A program made the translations under genes and the position numbers. A stretch of DNA of 64,000 bases from Octopus sinensis (Eukaryota): contig NC_042998.1 of the NCBI RefSeq assembly GCF_006345805.1, positions 80,786,001 to 80,850,000 of the forward strand. Direction: 5' to 3'. Under the pieces are notes generated by a model. That model searched no databases. It had not been told where the DNA came from and saw only the letters and a list, made by a program, of their open reading frames with translations. Shown piece after piece: positions 36,097 to 48,184 of this stretch; the first letter of the stretch is position 1; each line of letters starts with the position of its first letter.

Positions 36097-39000
36097 GTAA
36101 GTTTTACTTGAAGATTATCTTTAATATTCTTTAAAACTATTCCTGCCTTTCACTGTTGTAGAGCACCAGAGAAGTTTTCATTGTGTTGACCAATCGCCAG
36201 CCTATTAACGTTGACGTTTTCAGGTTGTTAGCATTCATTATAGAGGTAGTCTGCAGAAGGGTTCTCCAGCCCTGACTACGGTGCCATATGCAGAGATAAA
36301 TGTCACAGCGTCCAGTCTACGTTTATTCTGATTCTCAGTTTAGTAATTCCGTCTCTGAAAAGGGTTTGTATGGACCAGCTTAATGACCATCAGATCGCGG
36401 AGGAAGGGAGTCTGTGAAAGACTTTCTCCATATTGACGAATACTAATTATCTGGGTCTGTTACTAGCTAGGTACCGTTCTTGCAGTTGCTTTACTAGAAA
36501 CGACCTGAATCTCATCCAGGCCAATCCTGTTCTTAATTAGTTGTGCAATAACTCTTTATGCAACTATCATAACCTGGTTAAACAATTTAATGTCTGTTTC
36601 CCTCTAGAGTATTTGATTCTCTCTAGAATATTTTGTTAGCTTTTGCAGTATACACAAATTATTGGGCATGGCATCTTGCTGTATCATTAATTGACTATTT
36701 CCTTGGCTAGTATATGCCTCGCTTTGCCAAATATCTTAATCATCTAAACAAATCCCACCGACGGATCAGCTGCAGTCAATGCATTTATATATGTAATTAT
36801 AATTACAACCACACTGGATAAATTCAATGGCCGGTGCCTCTGCTGTTTCTACTTGGATAAATTCTTTCTTCCCCATGCATTCACCAAATTCAAAGATTTC
36901 TCATAGTAACACTTCTATGCCTCAATATTTTTGGCGTGTCTGAAGGCGGCGAGATGGCAGAAGCGTTAGCACGCCAGGCGAAATGCTTAGCGGTATTTCG
37001 TCTGTCTTTACGTTCTGAGTTCAAATTCCGCCGAGGTTGACTTTGCCTTTCATCCTTTCAGGGGTCGATAAATTAAGTACCAGTTGCGTACTGGAGTCGA
37101 GCTAATCGACTGGTCCCCCTCCCCAAATATTTCGGGCCTTGTGCCTTGTCTAGAAAAGAATCGTTAGCACATCGGGCGAAATGATTGGCGGTATTTAGTC
37201 TGTCTCCACGTCCTGAGTTCAAATGCCGCCGACGTCGACTTATCCTTTCAGGGTCGATAATTTAAGTACCAGTTACGCACTGGGGTCGCTGAAATCGTCT
37301 AGCTTCATCCTCCAGAATTTTTGGCCTTGTGCCTATAGCAGAAATGTTATTTTCGGTGTCTATCATTTGCTATGCACTACTCGAAAACTACATCTCAATT
37401 GTCTATTGCACCTGGTCTTACAATCTTGTGTATCTCATACCTGTGATCCTCATATCACAAAACTTGACGTGCAAACCTTTTTCTTCTTGTCTCTCCCTTT
37501 GCTAAGAATGCCCGACGCATTGCTTCCCTTCTGGCTCCTTGATACTAATCTCTACTGCCTCTTTTTTTACTATTTATCCAAGATTGTCTCTTAGATTTAT
37601 GGTTCAATCTATGATAATATGCAACCTTGTTACTTCCACTACTCACATATGGCTTGTAGTCTTTAGCAGATTATCTAGTAAAAACTTTAATTTCCTTCCT
37701 ATCAAGTAAAAACTTTAATTTTGTTTCTGTAGCCTCCACTTCCATATGCGTTAACTGGAGCCTCTCTGTATCTGCCATTAATAAGAACCTCTTTCAACGT
37801 CCATATCTTCCTTCTTGAGTGCGATGTATGCATCTGAATAGATAAGGTACTTTCTCTAAAGTTACTAATTATCGAGCTACGTACGGTGGAGTATTCGTTG
37901 ATATGTAAAGTGTTAACTTTCATATTCATCTGCCTGTCTCGTTTCCTGATGGGCATAAGGTCTACATCTGCCTCTCGCTTTGTTTTTAAATTTACTTGTT
38001 CAGTATGTACTTTCTGAGCTGTAGAAATTATAGGGTTTTCCTTTCTTCCATTTCAGTGGAGCACATTGTTAGTGGATCTGATGCTGGGCATTGTGAGTTT
38101 CCTCACATGGTTTACATAAGAATTAAAATGAGAGGAGGAAGTGAAACATTCTGTGGTGCGAGTCTGTTATCTGCCAAATGGGTCTTGACTGCTGCCCATT
38201 GTCTGTAAGTAGTTCTCAATAAATTTTCTTCCCGTTATTTTTCATCTACTTTTTATTTGTTTCAGCCATTGGAGTACGGTCATGTTGTGGCACTGTCTTA
38301 AAGGGTTTCAGTCGCGAAAATGAACCTCAGTATTTTTTAAAAATCTAGTACTTATTCTATCGGTCTCTTTTGCCCAACATCTAAATTGGGATGATGTAAA
38401 CAAATCAACACTCGCTTTCTGGAGGGGAGCAAACACTCGCTTTCTGAAGAGGAGCAAAGACAAACACATACACACCGCGACGCCAGATATTATATACCTT
38501 GGTTTAAGAAGAGACAAAATTTAGATAATCAACATAATAAATATATACAACACAATAAATACACCAAGACAAAGAACATATCAATATATTATTTAGAATA
38601 GGAATAAAAAAATACATGAGGTAAAAATATACGTGAAAGGATAAATAAATGAAGAGTGATACATCGATTAAAAATCATAAATTTAAGATTAAAAATGTTG
38701 AATTAAGAATTAGAAATTATAAGATACATCGACGGCAGTGAGAGATCTTAATGATGGATTTAAAAGTCAGAGAAATAACGAAGATAAATTTGTTGTAAGT
38801 GCTCTAAAGAAATGTTTATAGAGGGTTATAAGATGTATTTCGACGGCCGTTTCTGGAGTCCATTTGTTTACAAAGTAGGAATCTATTAATTTCACATTGA
38901 CAATATCCCGATCATCAAGAAATAAGGAAATAGATAGCAAGGTTTGAAGAAATATAAGAGAAATGAAAATATAAGTTTACATTATGTTGGTCGTCTCTCA

Positions 39001-39807
39001 TTATCCTACACTAAAGATTTCTGTACTTATATAAGTGTGAATTATGGTAAAAATGATCGGCACCTGATACAGTAGCCCACGACCAATATATTTTCCTTTC
39101 TATTATATCTCTTCAAACCTTGCTATCCATTTCCTTATTTCCTGAAGAAGGGGAAATTGTAAATATGAAATTAATGGATTCCTACATTGTAGACAAATGG
39201 ACTCCAGAAACGGCCGTTGAAATACATCTTATATGGTGATATAACCCTCTATAATTATTTCTTTAAAACTCTTAAAACAAATTTATTTTCACTGCCGTCG
39301 ATGTATCTTATAATTTTAATTCTTAATTCAACATTTTTAATCTTAAATTTATGAGTTTTAATCGATGTATTACACTTCATTTATTTATCCTTTTCACGTA
39401 TATTTTTACTTGATGTGTTTCTTATTTTTATTCTAAATAATATGTTGATATGTTCCTTGTCATGGTGTATTTACTGTGTTGTATGTATTTATTATGTTGG
39501 TGCAAATCATTACATTAGGATGATTATCTAAATTTTGCCTTTCTTAAACCAAGCTATATAATATGTATATAAATAAATACATCCATACATACATACAAGC
39601 ACGCATACACACACACACACACATACCCACACATATGTATATATATATAAATATATAAGCTATATATACATATATACAAACACACATATATATATATACA
39701 CACACATATATATATATACGTATATACATATATATATATATAAAAATACATATACATATATATATACATACATATATATATATATATATACATGTATATA
39801 CATATAT

Positions 39808-39847
<40 letters not shown>

Positions 39848-40004
39848 GTATATATACATATATATATACATATATATATGTAACATATATATATATACAT
39901 ATATATATACATACATACATACATATATACATACATATATATATACATACACACATATATACACATATATAACATATATATACATATATACACATATATG
40001 TACA

Positions 40005-40045
<41 letters not shown>

Positions 40046-40171
40046 ATATATATACACATACATACATATATATACATATATATATATATATACATACACA
40101 CATATATTACCATATATAACATAATATACATATATACACATATATGTAATATATATACATACATACATATA

Positions 40172-40215
<44 letters not shown>

Positions 40216-43025
40216 ATACACATACATACAATATATACATATACATACATCATATATCTGTATATAAAATTCCACACGTCTATCAAAGTTCTAAGGAATT
40301 AATATATCCGGGGCAATAGTTGAAGACGCTTACCCAAAGTGCCACTCAGCTAGATCAGCACCTATTCGTATTTCACAAGTTTGACTTCAGCAGAATTTCA
40401 GGAGAAACACAACCTTATTCACTGCCCATGGTCTCTGTCCGTGGTAACAGTGAAAGGATGGCATAAAGTGTTTGGGTTCCATGAAGACGACGGTTGGATG
40501 GAGAAAGTAAGCAAAGAGCAAATGGTGGTATCATATGCGTGTGTTTGAGTGTTAGACAAATTACAGGCTCATTGATGTATAAGCACTATGAGTGTGTGGA
40601 GAGAAAAGAGCTGTACCCTTCAAAATGTAGATCAGAAAGTGCTCCATTAATACAAACCACGATATTGTACACTGACTGGAAACTATTTGTCTAAGAGATA
40701 GGCATGAAATAATACTAGAATAATGAACGGTGATTTGGCACAAAACCAGTATATGTGAGGGGAAGCAGCAGTCGACTCCATTTACTGCTATATTTTACTA
40801 ATACTTTATTTCATCGACCCCAGACAGGTTGGAATTTATACTAAGAACAAAGTGCCGAAGAAATACCACGAGGTTTTCCCCCACCAAAGCTTTAAGGATT
40901 CTGCCAGCTCGCCGCCTATAGTAAAAGACAGAAAGATTGTCAATAAACAGTAGCGTTGCTATAACTATATAGACTCACTGTTCTAATATTAATGAAGTAT
41001 CTCCTATGAATTAGAGCAGTTAGCAGCAAATACTCTTCACATAAAGCAATGCTTGATAACTAGCTACTTCTAATGAACTCTATCAGTTGAAACTTCGAAG
41101 ATCAGCAATTTAGTTACAGAATAACCAGTCTAGGAAAGCCTAAGACAGCTATAGGTCTTTTGAAAATGGTGAGCATTCGTTAGGAATTATTTTTGTAAGC
41201 TTCAGACTTACAAAGATAATTTGTTACTTATACCTACTATTTTCTGTAATTGAAACCCTATATTTTTAATATTAATGGCTAGCTGTTTGTAATTATACTC
41301 TACATAGTTTACATGTTTTTCAACTTTGGATACATTTTAAAGAAAATATCGTATTTAATTCCGTAATAGAATGACTGATTACCCAGAAATAGTGATCTTA
41401 ACACCGTCTATTGATTTGCAATATAAATTGATTTAACAATGCCTTAACAAGGATCAGTATAAAAATACAGGATATAATATATTATTCTTTCAGTTCTGGT
41501 TTCAGATCATATGTAAACAAAATGTTTAATTCTGGGACTTTTAGGGATTTGATTCGTAAAATGGAACCTCAGATCTACTGCTGCAAAATAAAAAGAATAT
41601 GCGAAAGGAATTCAAGCCATAGCCTTCTCATTTTATCTGGAATAGAGTACCATTGATTATATTGTTTAATGTGTCCTTTTTTAAAGAAGTAGCGTATGAT
41701 TTGATTGAGATTTGTCTGCTCTTAATGACAAGCTGAAATGTTTCTACTGGCCAATAAAAAAGGAGATTGTTCGCGAAGAAAATTATTTTAGATGTGAGAG
41801 ATTCTTTCAACCGTATAGACAGAGCATTATTCAATTTTATAATAACTAGCAAAAAAAAAAATGCTACTGATACTTGGGTACTATACTTTTCGTTTCAAAA
41901 TATCAATATTTAAACTAACATTTTCATCGAAAATTCATGCCAGAAGCTTTTCATCGTAAATTTATGCCAGAAGCTTTTGGTAAGTTATGTTGCAGACACT
42001 AGAAAACTAATGAAAGGGCTAATTATTTAATTATTTGAAGAAAAATGTTCTTGCTAAAGGCAAGCAGGCGTTAGAACTCTATAGTTAGCTTAAAGCGTCC
42101 TCTATGTACTGAGGTATTCATTTCACGCTCGTCGGTTGAGGGAGGTAACTCTACGTTCGCTGGAAAGCTTTAGTTCCTTTATTAGAAATCCGCAAACATT
42201 ATCAGTTGACTGTACACATAAACTGCTCAGCCGATGTGTTTAGTCAGTGGGTAATAGATATGTGCGTAAGTAAATTGGGAAAGAGGTTTTATCGAAACAG
42301 ATTTGAGTATCTTAATATCTTTCTTATTTTCCTTCATTTTAATTTTTCCTAGTGATGGTGAAGTAATTGGTGTTGATGCCCACCTTGGAACAACAAACAA
42401 AAAGAATGCTTCTGTTATCATTCCAGCCAGACAATGGATTCCTCATCCCCAATACACTCTCTCACACACCCTTCGTGAGTATTTTCTGTGTCTTCCTCTT
42501 CATATAGATATATACATACATAGATACATCTTTTTTACATAGACATATGTAAAAATGTGACGATAAGAAACATCATGGACACACAAGTACAACGAATATT
42601 GTTTTACTTTAATGCTCGGGAAATTGAATTCAAGCAGTATATACTTACACACAAACACGCACATACGTGCACATATACATACACACACACAAACACACAC
42701 ATACACATGCGCGTACACACACACATACTTACATTGTATATATATATATATATACATATTTATTATTCTAGGTGTGGTAATGTTTTAAAAAAATATATAT
42801 TTTTTAGTCGCTAAAGTATTAATCATTAACTTTTAACTGCGATGAACTGTATTCACACATTTTTCTTGTATTTTTCTTATATGCTTGTACTGATGATTTG
42901 TGTTTCATTTTCCGTGATTTTATACATGTATATTCTATGTGAAAGAAAAAGCATTATGTGATTAAATGTTCGAGATATGAAATGTTACGTGGATGACATT
43001 GTATTTGTTTGTTCTGCAACCATAG

Positions 43026-43092
<67 letters not shown>

Positions 43093-43341
43093 GAGCACCA
43101 TGTGCTACAGATAAGTTCTGATCATTGTGGATCTTAAAATGTCTTTTGATGATTCCGTTAGATTTGCAAACCTGCTGGCATACATGGCATTCAAAGGTGT
43201 GCACAGACATATAGGCAGAATAGTTGCTGGTAGTTCGTTTTCCATGGGTTCCCAAATGAGATTTGAGCCCAGTAGAAGAAAGGCATGGTCTGTCACAAAT
43301 TGTGCCCACAAAAAGTGTCATTGTGATTCACCTTCTCGATC

Positions 43342-43398
<57 letters not shown>

Positions 43399-46300
43399 TT
43401 ATGTATATATATATATACTTTACAAGATAAGGAGAAGAAGAAAAATTCTAATGCCAAATATGCCGAAACAAAAACATTTTTTTGTCGATAACCATTATAA
43501 TTTATACGTCTCGAAACAAACCGATAGAAATATCTAAAAAATTCGTTATTACCGTATTGGTCCAATTTCGGGGTTAATTCATGAGAAATTTTCCCCTCTT
43601 CAGCGGCAAATACGCGAGATATAAATGAAATACTTACTCAAACCCATGGAAAAAGCAAGCACTAAGTCCTGAGCAGACTTAAGTACCCCAAATATATCCA
43701 AAATAGAAAAATCTTCGGCGCACCTCGAGACACATGTGATTCGAACTAGAAACTTTCACAGAGTGATAGAATCCGGAAGGGAACACTAATCTATTTATAA
43801 TTAATATAGGATAAAATGTTTTTCGGGAAAAAAATTTTATCAACTCAAGGAAGGTAAAAGCTCATCGATTCTGTCCCAACACGCCGAACAGGAACACGCG
43901 GGATCAATCAATAACATAGAAATTAAAATATTGTCCACACATAGAACAGATGCAACAATTAGACAAATTACAGAAGCTACACACATAATAGAAAAGAAAC
44001 CTAGCCTGAATAGAAAACTAGAATGGAGCACTAGCACACACCACAACATATGACGATAGAGGATCCCGAAAACATAATAAATACACAGATAAATAAACAA
44101 ATAGAAATAAATAACTATATATATATATTTTTTTTTCGATTCGATTTATTATTATTATTACTAGTATTGTTGTTATATATACAAGCATATGTAATGATAA
44201 TAATAAGTGGATGTAAACACATGAACAAACTAAGAATAAACAAAAACAACAACAACAAAAACAAAATACAAATTACATGAACATATATAAATAGAAGATA
44301 CAAATATTACAGGCATCCTCCCCACATACACACACTAAATAAACATAGACGCGCATAGAGATATAAGCATGCGCAAATGAAAACATACAATAGAAATACA
44401 AAATGGCTGACAGTTAGTAAGGAGAGACACAAATAAGAAAGAAGAAAACAAAGGACCACTGATGCGGTCACAGGAGTGTGACGAAAGAATTCTGGCCGAA
44501 ATAAGATTAAGATTAATGTAAAAAATAAATAACACTGAAGCTAAATAACACCAAATATATAGTGCGTGTGTTTTTATTGGTTAAACTGGCAATATGACCA
44601 TTCCGAAATATAGCAATATATATATATATTTATAAATAACCAATAGAGTCGACTAACACTGTCAACTGCCACTGACAGTTCATAGATTTCTTTATTTAAA
44701 TCCTTTAGTCCTCTTCTTAGTCACGTGTAGGTGTTCAAGATCCTCCCACATCAACAGTCCTCTCAGCTGTAAATGGGTAAGCGTAGGATGTACTGGCATC
44801 CCGTCGAGGAGGACTCACCTGTGAGGTGACGTCATTCGAAAGCTACAACAATGCCAGGAAGCGCATTGTGAATAACAGTGTATAACAACATCCATTAGTG
44901 TGGTCGATGCAGAAAACGAGTCGTTCGGTATCTTCTCCTACCAACTTTAAAATCACCAAACGAAAGTGGATATTTCTCTATGTTATCAATCTATTCATCA
45001 ATAAGAAAAACAGCTGTTGTGAACCTCTAAAATCCATTCGCATTATTATTTGAAACACGATTACATGTATAAGTAAATACCTATTACTTAAATAAGTTTT
45101 CTTTTTATTCAGTCCAAGACGTTGCAGTTCTGGAATTAACGCGTCCTGCACCGCTCGGTAGATGTATTTCTACAATTACTCTCCCCAATAAAGGAGACAC
45201 CTTTTCAGGACCCTGTACAGCCGTTGGATGGGGTCAAACTGGAAGTAAGCATTGAACTGCATTTTTTTTAATATCTGTATTTATTTTCAACTCTGGAATA
45301 TTTATATTCTTGTTATTATAATTTTAGAAAATGTACTATCTGAAAATTCTTACAAATTTGCTTTCTGTTGGAAGATTTGCTTTTGAAGATGTAATTCTTC
45401 AGAATTTGTAATTTGATTGGTATTGATATCCGATGTTTTGTAGAAATTGTAATCTGTATGATTTTCAGTTTTATATAAATAGTGAACCTAAATTTATCGC
45501 AGTGGAATAGTAACTACCAGTTGAATATTAATATTAAATTAAAATCTGAAAGTTGCTGCACCGCGGTGTATTATAATACAGTGCAGGCCAATGGCCCAGT
45601 GGTTAGGGCAGCGAACTCGCGATCATAGGATCGCGGTTTCGATTTCCAGACGGGGTGTTGTGAGTGTTTATTGAGCGTAAACACCTAAAGCTCCACGAGG
45701 CTCTGGTATTCTTTCACCACAACGTCTTCTCACTCTTTCTTCCTGTTTCTGTTGTATCTGTATTTGAAAGGGCCAGCTTTGTCACACTCTCTGTCACGCT
45801 GAATCTCCTTGAGAACTACGTTAAGGGTACGCGTGTCTGTGGAGTGCTCAGCCACTTGCACATTAATTTCACGAGCAGGCTGTTCCGTTGATCGGATCAA
45901 CTGGAACCCTCGTCGTCATAACTGACGGAGTACCACGATTATGGTACAATATATCTACCATAACTTTCTGCAGTTCAGTAGAGGTTGTAAGTGTAGCAAT
46001 GTAGACTGTAATAAGTTAATTGTATATTACTATTTTGTTTTACAATACTGAACTATAGTTTTCGTGTTGACTATGCACAAACTGTTGCTATTTACTGTTT
46101 GGTATCTTTGTTAGAGTGAAGGCACTTGGTCTAGTAGTCAAGTGTTGCACTTACAATTTCAAGATCGTTGTGTTCTGGAGCAGAATACTTCATTACACAT
46201 TGCTCTTGTCTGCTCATCAGTAAATGAGGGGTCCTGCGATAGACTGACGTCCAGTTCAAGGGGAAACGAGGTAACTGGGCGTATTAGTCACAATACTCGA

Positions 46301-46878
46301 TACAATATTATCCAGGCCCCGATAATGATGATGATAATTTTGTTACAATGTAGTAGTCTTCTGCCAGTAGAAAAAACTCGTTTTTCTCCGGTGCATATGT
46401 CTAACTAATTGATGCATGACTGACTTTGTTTCTCTTATAATTCATTCTGGATTAGTATATATTTAATTGTCCAAAACTCTCTTTTAGCTAAAGGAATCTT
46501 CCCAGACAAGCTTCAGAAAGCTAGAATTAATGTAATTCCCACAAATAAATGTCAACAACAAGCATCTGGTATTACTGCCGAACAGCATATCTGCGTTGGA
46601 GATAACAAATTCAAGGGTAAAAACGTCTGTGGTGTAAGTAAATCTTTTTATAGTTCTAAGATAAAATAATTTCCTTTAAAGCAGTGGACATTTTTGAAAT
46701 GCTTATTTTCTGGTTTCAGGGAGATTCCGGTGGTGGTCTCGTCTGCAAAAGGAAATCCGATAATGCCTACGTCGTTGCTGGTATTGCTTCCTATGTTTTC
46801 GACTGCGACAAAGGATTTGGAGTCTATGCCAATGTGGCCAATTTCCTTGACTATATCACGGGATACATGAGCTTGTAG
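36036..46878 (+). CDS. Gene B: secreted chymotrypsin-fold serine protease (peptidase S1A), 255 aa; exons 36036-36096, 38057-38204, 42353-42474, 45113-45244, 46488-46633, 46720-46878
   Basis: All introns GT-AG, phases 1,2,1,1,0; 768 nt CDS. Signal peptide [18 protein letters not shown], then DPVEH-IVSG...TAAHC...LQDVAVLEL...AVGWG...KNVCG/GDSGGGL...YITGYMSL-stop. Confidence 0.95.
36125..37960 (-). mobile_element. Old RTE-clade LINE remnant filling gene B intron 1, interrupted by a SINE
   Basis: Minus fragments [51 protein letters not shown] and KQLQERYLA...[13 protein letters not shown]; many stops. Confidence 0.7.
36945..37350 (+). mobile_element. SINE family A dimer
   Basis: Head GGCGGCGAGATGGCAGAAGCGTTAGC plus two units. 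Confidence 0.88.
38057..38204 (+). CDS. Gene B exon 2
   Basis: tttcag|TG GAG CAC ATT GTT AGT GGA ... GCC CAT TGT CT|gtaagt. Confidence 0.95.
38837..38923 (-). ncRNA. Hammerhead-like motif in the left arm (C3U)
   Basis: Minus ATTTC-TTGATGA-TCGGG...CTCCA-GAAA-CGGCCG-TC-GAAAT. Confidence 0.55.
39137..39223 (+). ncRNA. Hammerhead-like motif in the right arm (core intact)
   Basis: ATTTC-CTGAAGA-AGGGG...CTCCA-GAAA-CGGCCG-TT-GAAAT. Confidence 0.6.
39570..40262. repeat. ~690 bp compound (TA)/(CA)/(CATA) microsatellite
   Basis: Direct reading of the sequence. Confidence 0.95.
42353..42474 (+). CDS. Gene B exon 3
   Basis: tcctag|T GAT GGT GAA GTA ... ACC CTT C|gtgagt; contains QWIPHPQY. Confidence 0.92.
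43085..43340 (-). mobile_element. Isolated fragment with two C2H2-like fingers, probably the 3' end of an RTE-type LINE ORF2
   Basis: [19 protein letters not shown] and [21 protein letters not shown]; no TGEKP linker, no splice sites; bounded by (TA)n and (CA)n. Confidence 0.55.
43549..43609 (-). ncRNA. Fully canonical type I hammerhead ribozyme candidate
   Basis: Minus TTGCCG-CTGAAGA-GGGG-(19 nt)-CCCC-GAAA-TTG-GAC-CAA-TA-CGGTAA; all core nucleotides present, three paired helices, AUA site. Confidence 0.8.
45113..45244 (+). CDS. Gene B exon 4 (Asp102)
   Basis: attcag|TC CAA GAC GTT GCA GTT CTG GAA ... ACT GGA A|gtaagc. Confidence 0.95.
45582..45939 (+). mobile_element. SINE family B, full length
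   Basis: Head TGGCCCAGTGGTTAGGGCAGCG...GGTTTCGATTTCC and the same tail as 7499-7878. Confidence 0.88.
46112..46300 (+). mobile_element. Degenerate tRNA-derived SINE
   Basis: GAAGGCACTTGGTCTAGTAGTCAAG head, CORE-like CTTCATTACACATTGCTC and CCTGCGATAGACTGACGTCC. Confidence 0.55.
46488..46633 (+). CDS. Gene B exon 5
   Basis: ttttag|CT AAA GGA ATC TTC CCA GAC AAG CTT CAG AAA ... GTC TGT GGT|gtaagt. Confidence 0.95.
46720..46878 (+). CDS. Gene B exon 6 (Ser195 to stop)
   Basis: tttcag|GGA GAT TCC GGT GGT GGT CTC ... AGC TTG TAG. Confidence 0.96.
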   Translation, partial: GDSGGGLVCKRKSDNAYVVAGIASYVFDCDKGFGVYANVANFLDYITGYMSL

Positions 46879-46937
46879 ATATTTTTGAGAATATATCGAT
46901 GATTATATGAGTTGGTGTTGGAAACTAGTGAAGACAA

Positions 46938-46943
46938 AATAAA
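46938..46943 (+). terminator. Probable poly(A) signal of gene B
   Basis: AATAAA 60 nt after the stop codon, followed by T-rich sequence. Confidence 0.6.
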
Positions 46944-47966
46944 TTATATAAAAAATTATCACGTTTCTTAATTCTTTTATATTCAATGCGTTATTCAGGT
47001 TTTACTTGACTTAACAACTGGTAAGATTAGATGATTTAAATGACTGACAACAGCAGAAATGAGTGTATTGGAAGAATAAGAGGTTGGAATTGAAGATTAT
47101 TTATAAAGAAAAAATATAAAACTAGAATTGAGGCAGTGACAGAGGTATGCTGCAGATACTAAGGAATGTTAGAATTGCTTGTAAAGTAGATGAAGATACA
47201 TTTCGCATCAATTCTGAGAATATTTCCACTGCATGTTTTTCAGTACCAATTGCCAGTTACTGTTCCTAAGAATAATAGTGTGGAATGAGCAGGATTGCAA
47301 ATGCATGATACACATATCACTGCGCAGGAAAAGGAAATGAAAGAGACTGGGCTGTATATTATGGGAAAGCGATAAATACTCTACGTATGTTGGAGTTATA
47401 TTAGAAGAAAAATGTGCGATATATTAATTACCAGTATCATTCTTAAATGCCTTAATTGTTCTGATAACAAAATGTTAATTCTTCTCTACGTGGTCAGCAA
47501 TGATAAGGGAGACAATCCTTTCTAGATTAAGTGAAAATGAGATGGGTTTTGAAGGCGTGCAAAATGTACACATTTGATATTACTTTTTCTTACACGTTAT
47601 ACAGATTTAAATATTTGAAGATGTTGATAACCATTCTTCTTTACCTTGATGAGAAATCCTGTTTCCATCTCTACAAACAACTTCATTGACGACAGTAGTA
47701 GAGTCACTCAGAATACAATAGGTACGCGGCTCACATCCAGTCAGAAGGTCTCTTGTTCTTTTACAAGCGAACGAGCTAGACTATATTTGCTCGCTTCATC
47801 TCATTTAAATACCAATTAAATATCCCTGAAGTCACATATTTAGAACAATACATTGAACAGTCTCGTTGCTGATATATATCCGATGGAATGGTTAGAAACC
47901 CTTTCATCATAGATCCACAGACACGGGATTGACATGGAGGTAAATAAAAGCAACCACAACAGTAAT

Positions 47967-48184
47967 TATCCTTTCTACCATATGGACAAGGCCTGAAATA
48001 GTGGAGAGGGGGATAGTCGATTATATCAACCCTCACTACTTGATTGGTACCTAATTTATAGACCCTGAAAGGGATGAAAGGCAAAGTCGACCTCAGCGGA
48101 ATTTGAACTCAGAACGTAGCGGCAGACGAAATACCGCTGAGAATTTCGCCTGGCGTGCTAACGATTCTGCCAGCTTGCCGTCTT
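47967..48184 (-). mobile_element. SINE family A monomer with perfect 15 bp TSD
   Basis: AACCACAACAGTAAT at 47952-47966 and 48185-48199 flanks one head plus one unit. Confidence 0.92.

Larger units (their letters stand above)
38487..39564. repeat. ~1.08 kb inverted repeat (arms 38487-38994 and 39079-39564, 84 bp spacer), PLE-terminal-repeat-like
   Basis: The arms are reverse complements throughout, e.g. ATATTATATACCTTGGTTTAAGAA vs TTCTTAAACCAAGCTATATAATAT, and GACGGCCGTTTCTGGAGTCCATTTGT vs ACAAATGGACTCCAGAAACGGCCGTT. Confidence 0.92.

Noticed and set aside
43031-43321. Host C2H2 zinc-finger gene
   Set aside because: Only two imperfect fingers (the first Cys of finger 1 is missing), no linker consensus and no splice signals; the ORF ends in (TA)n.
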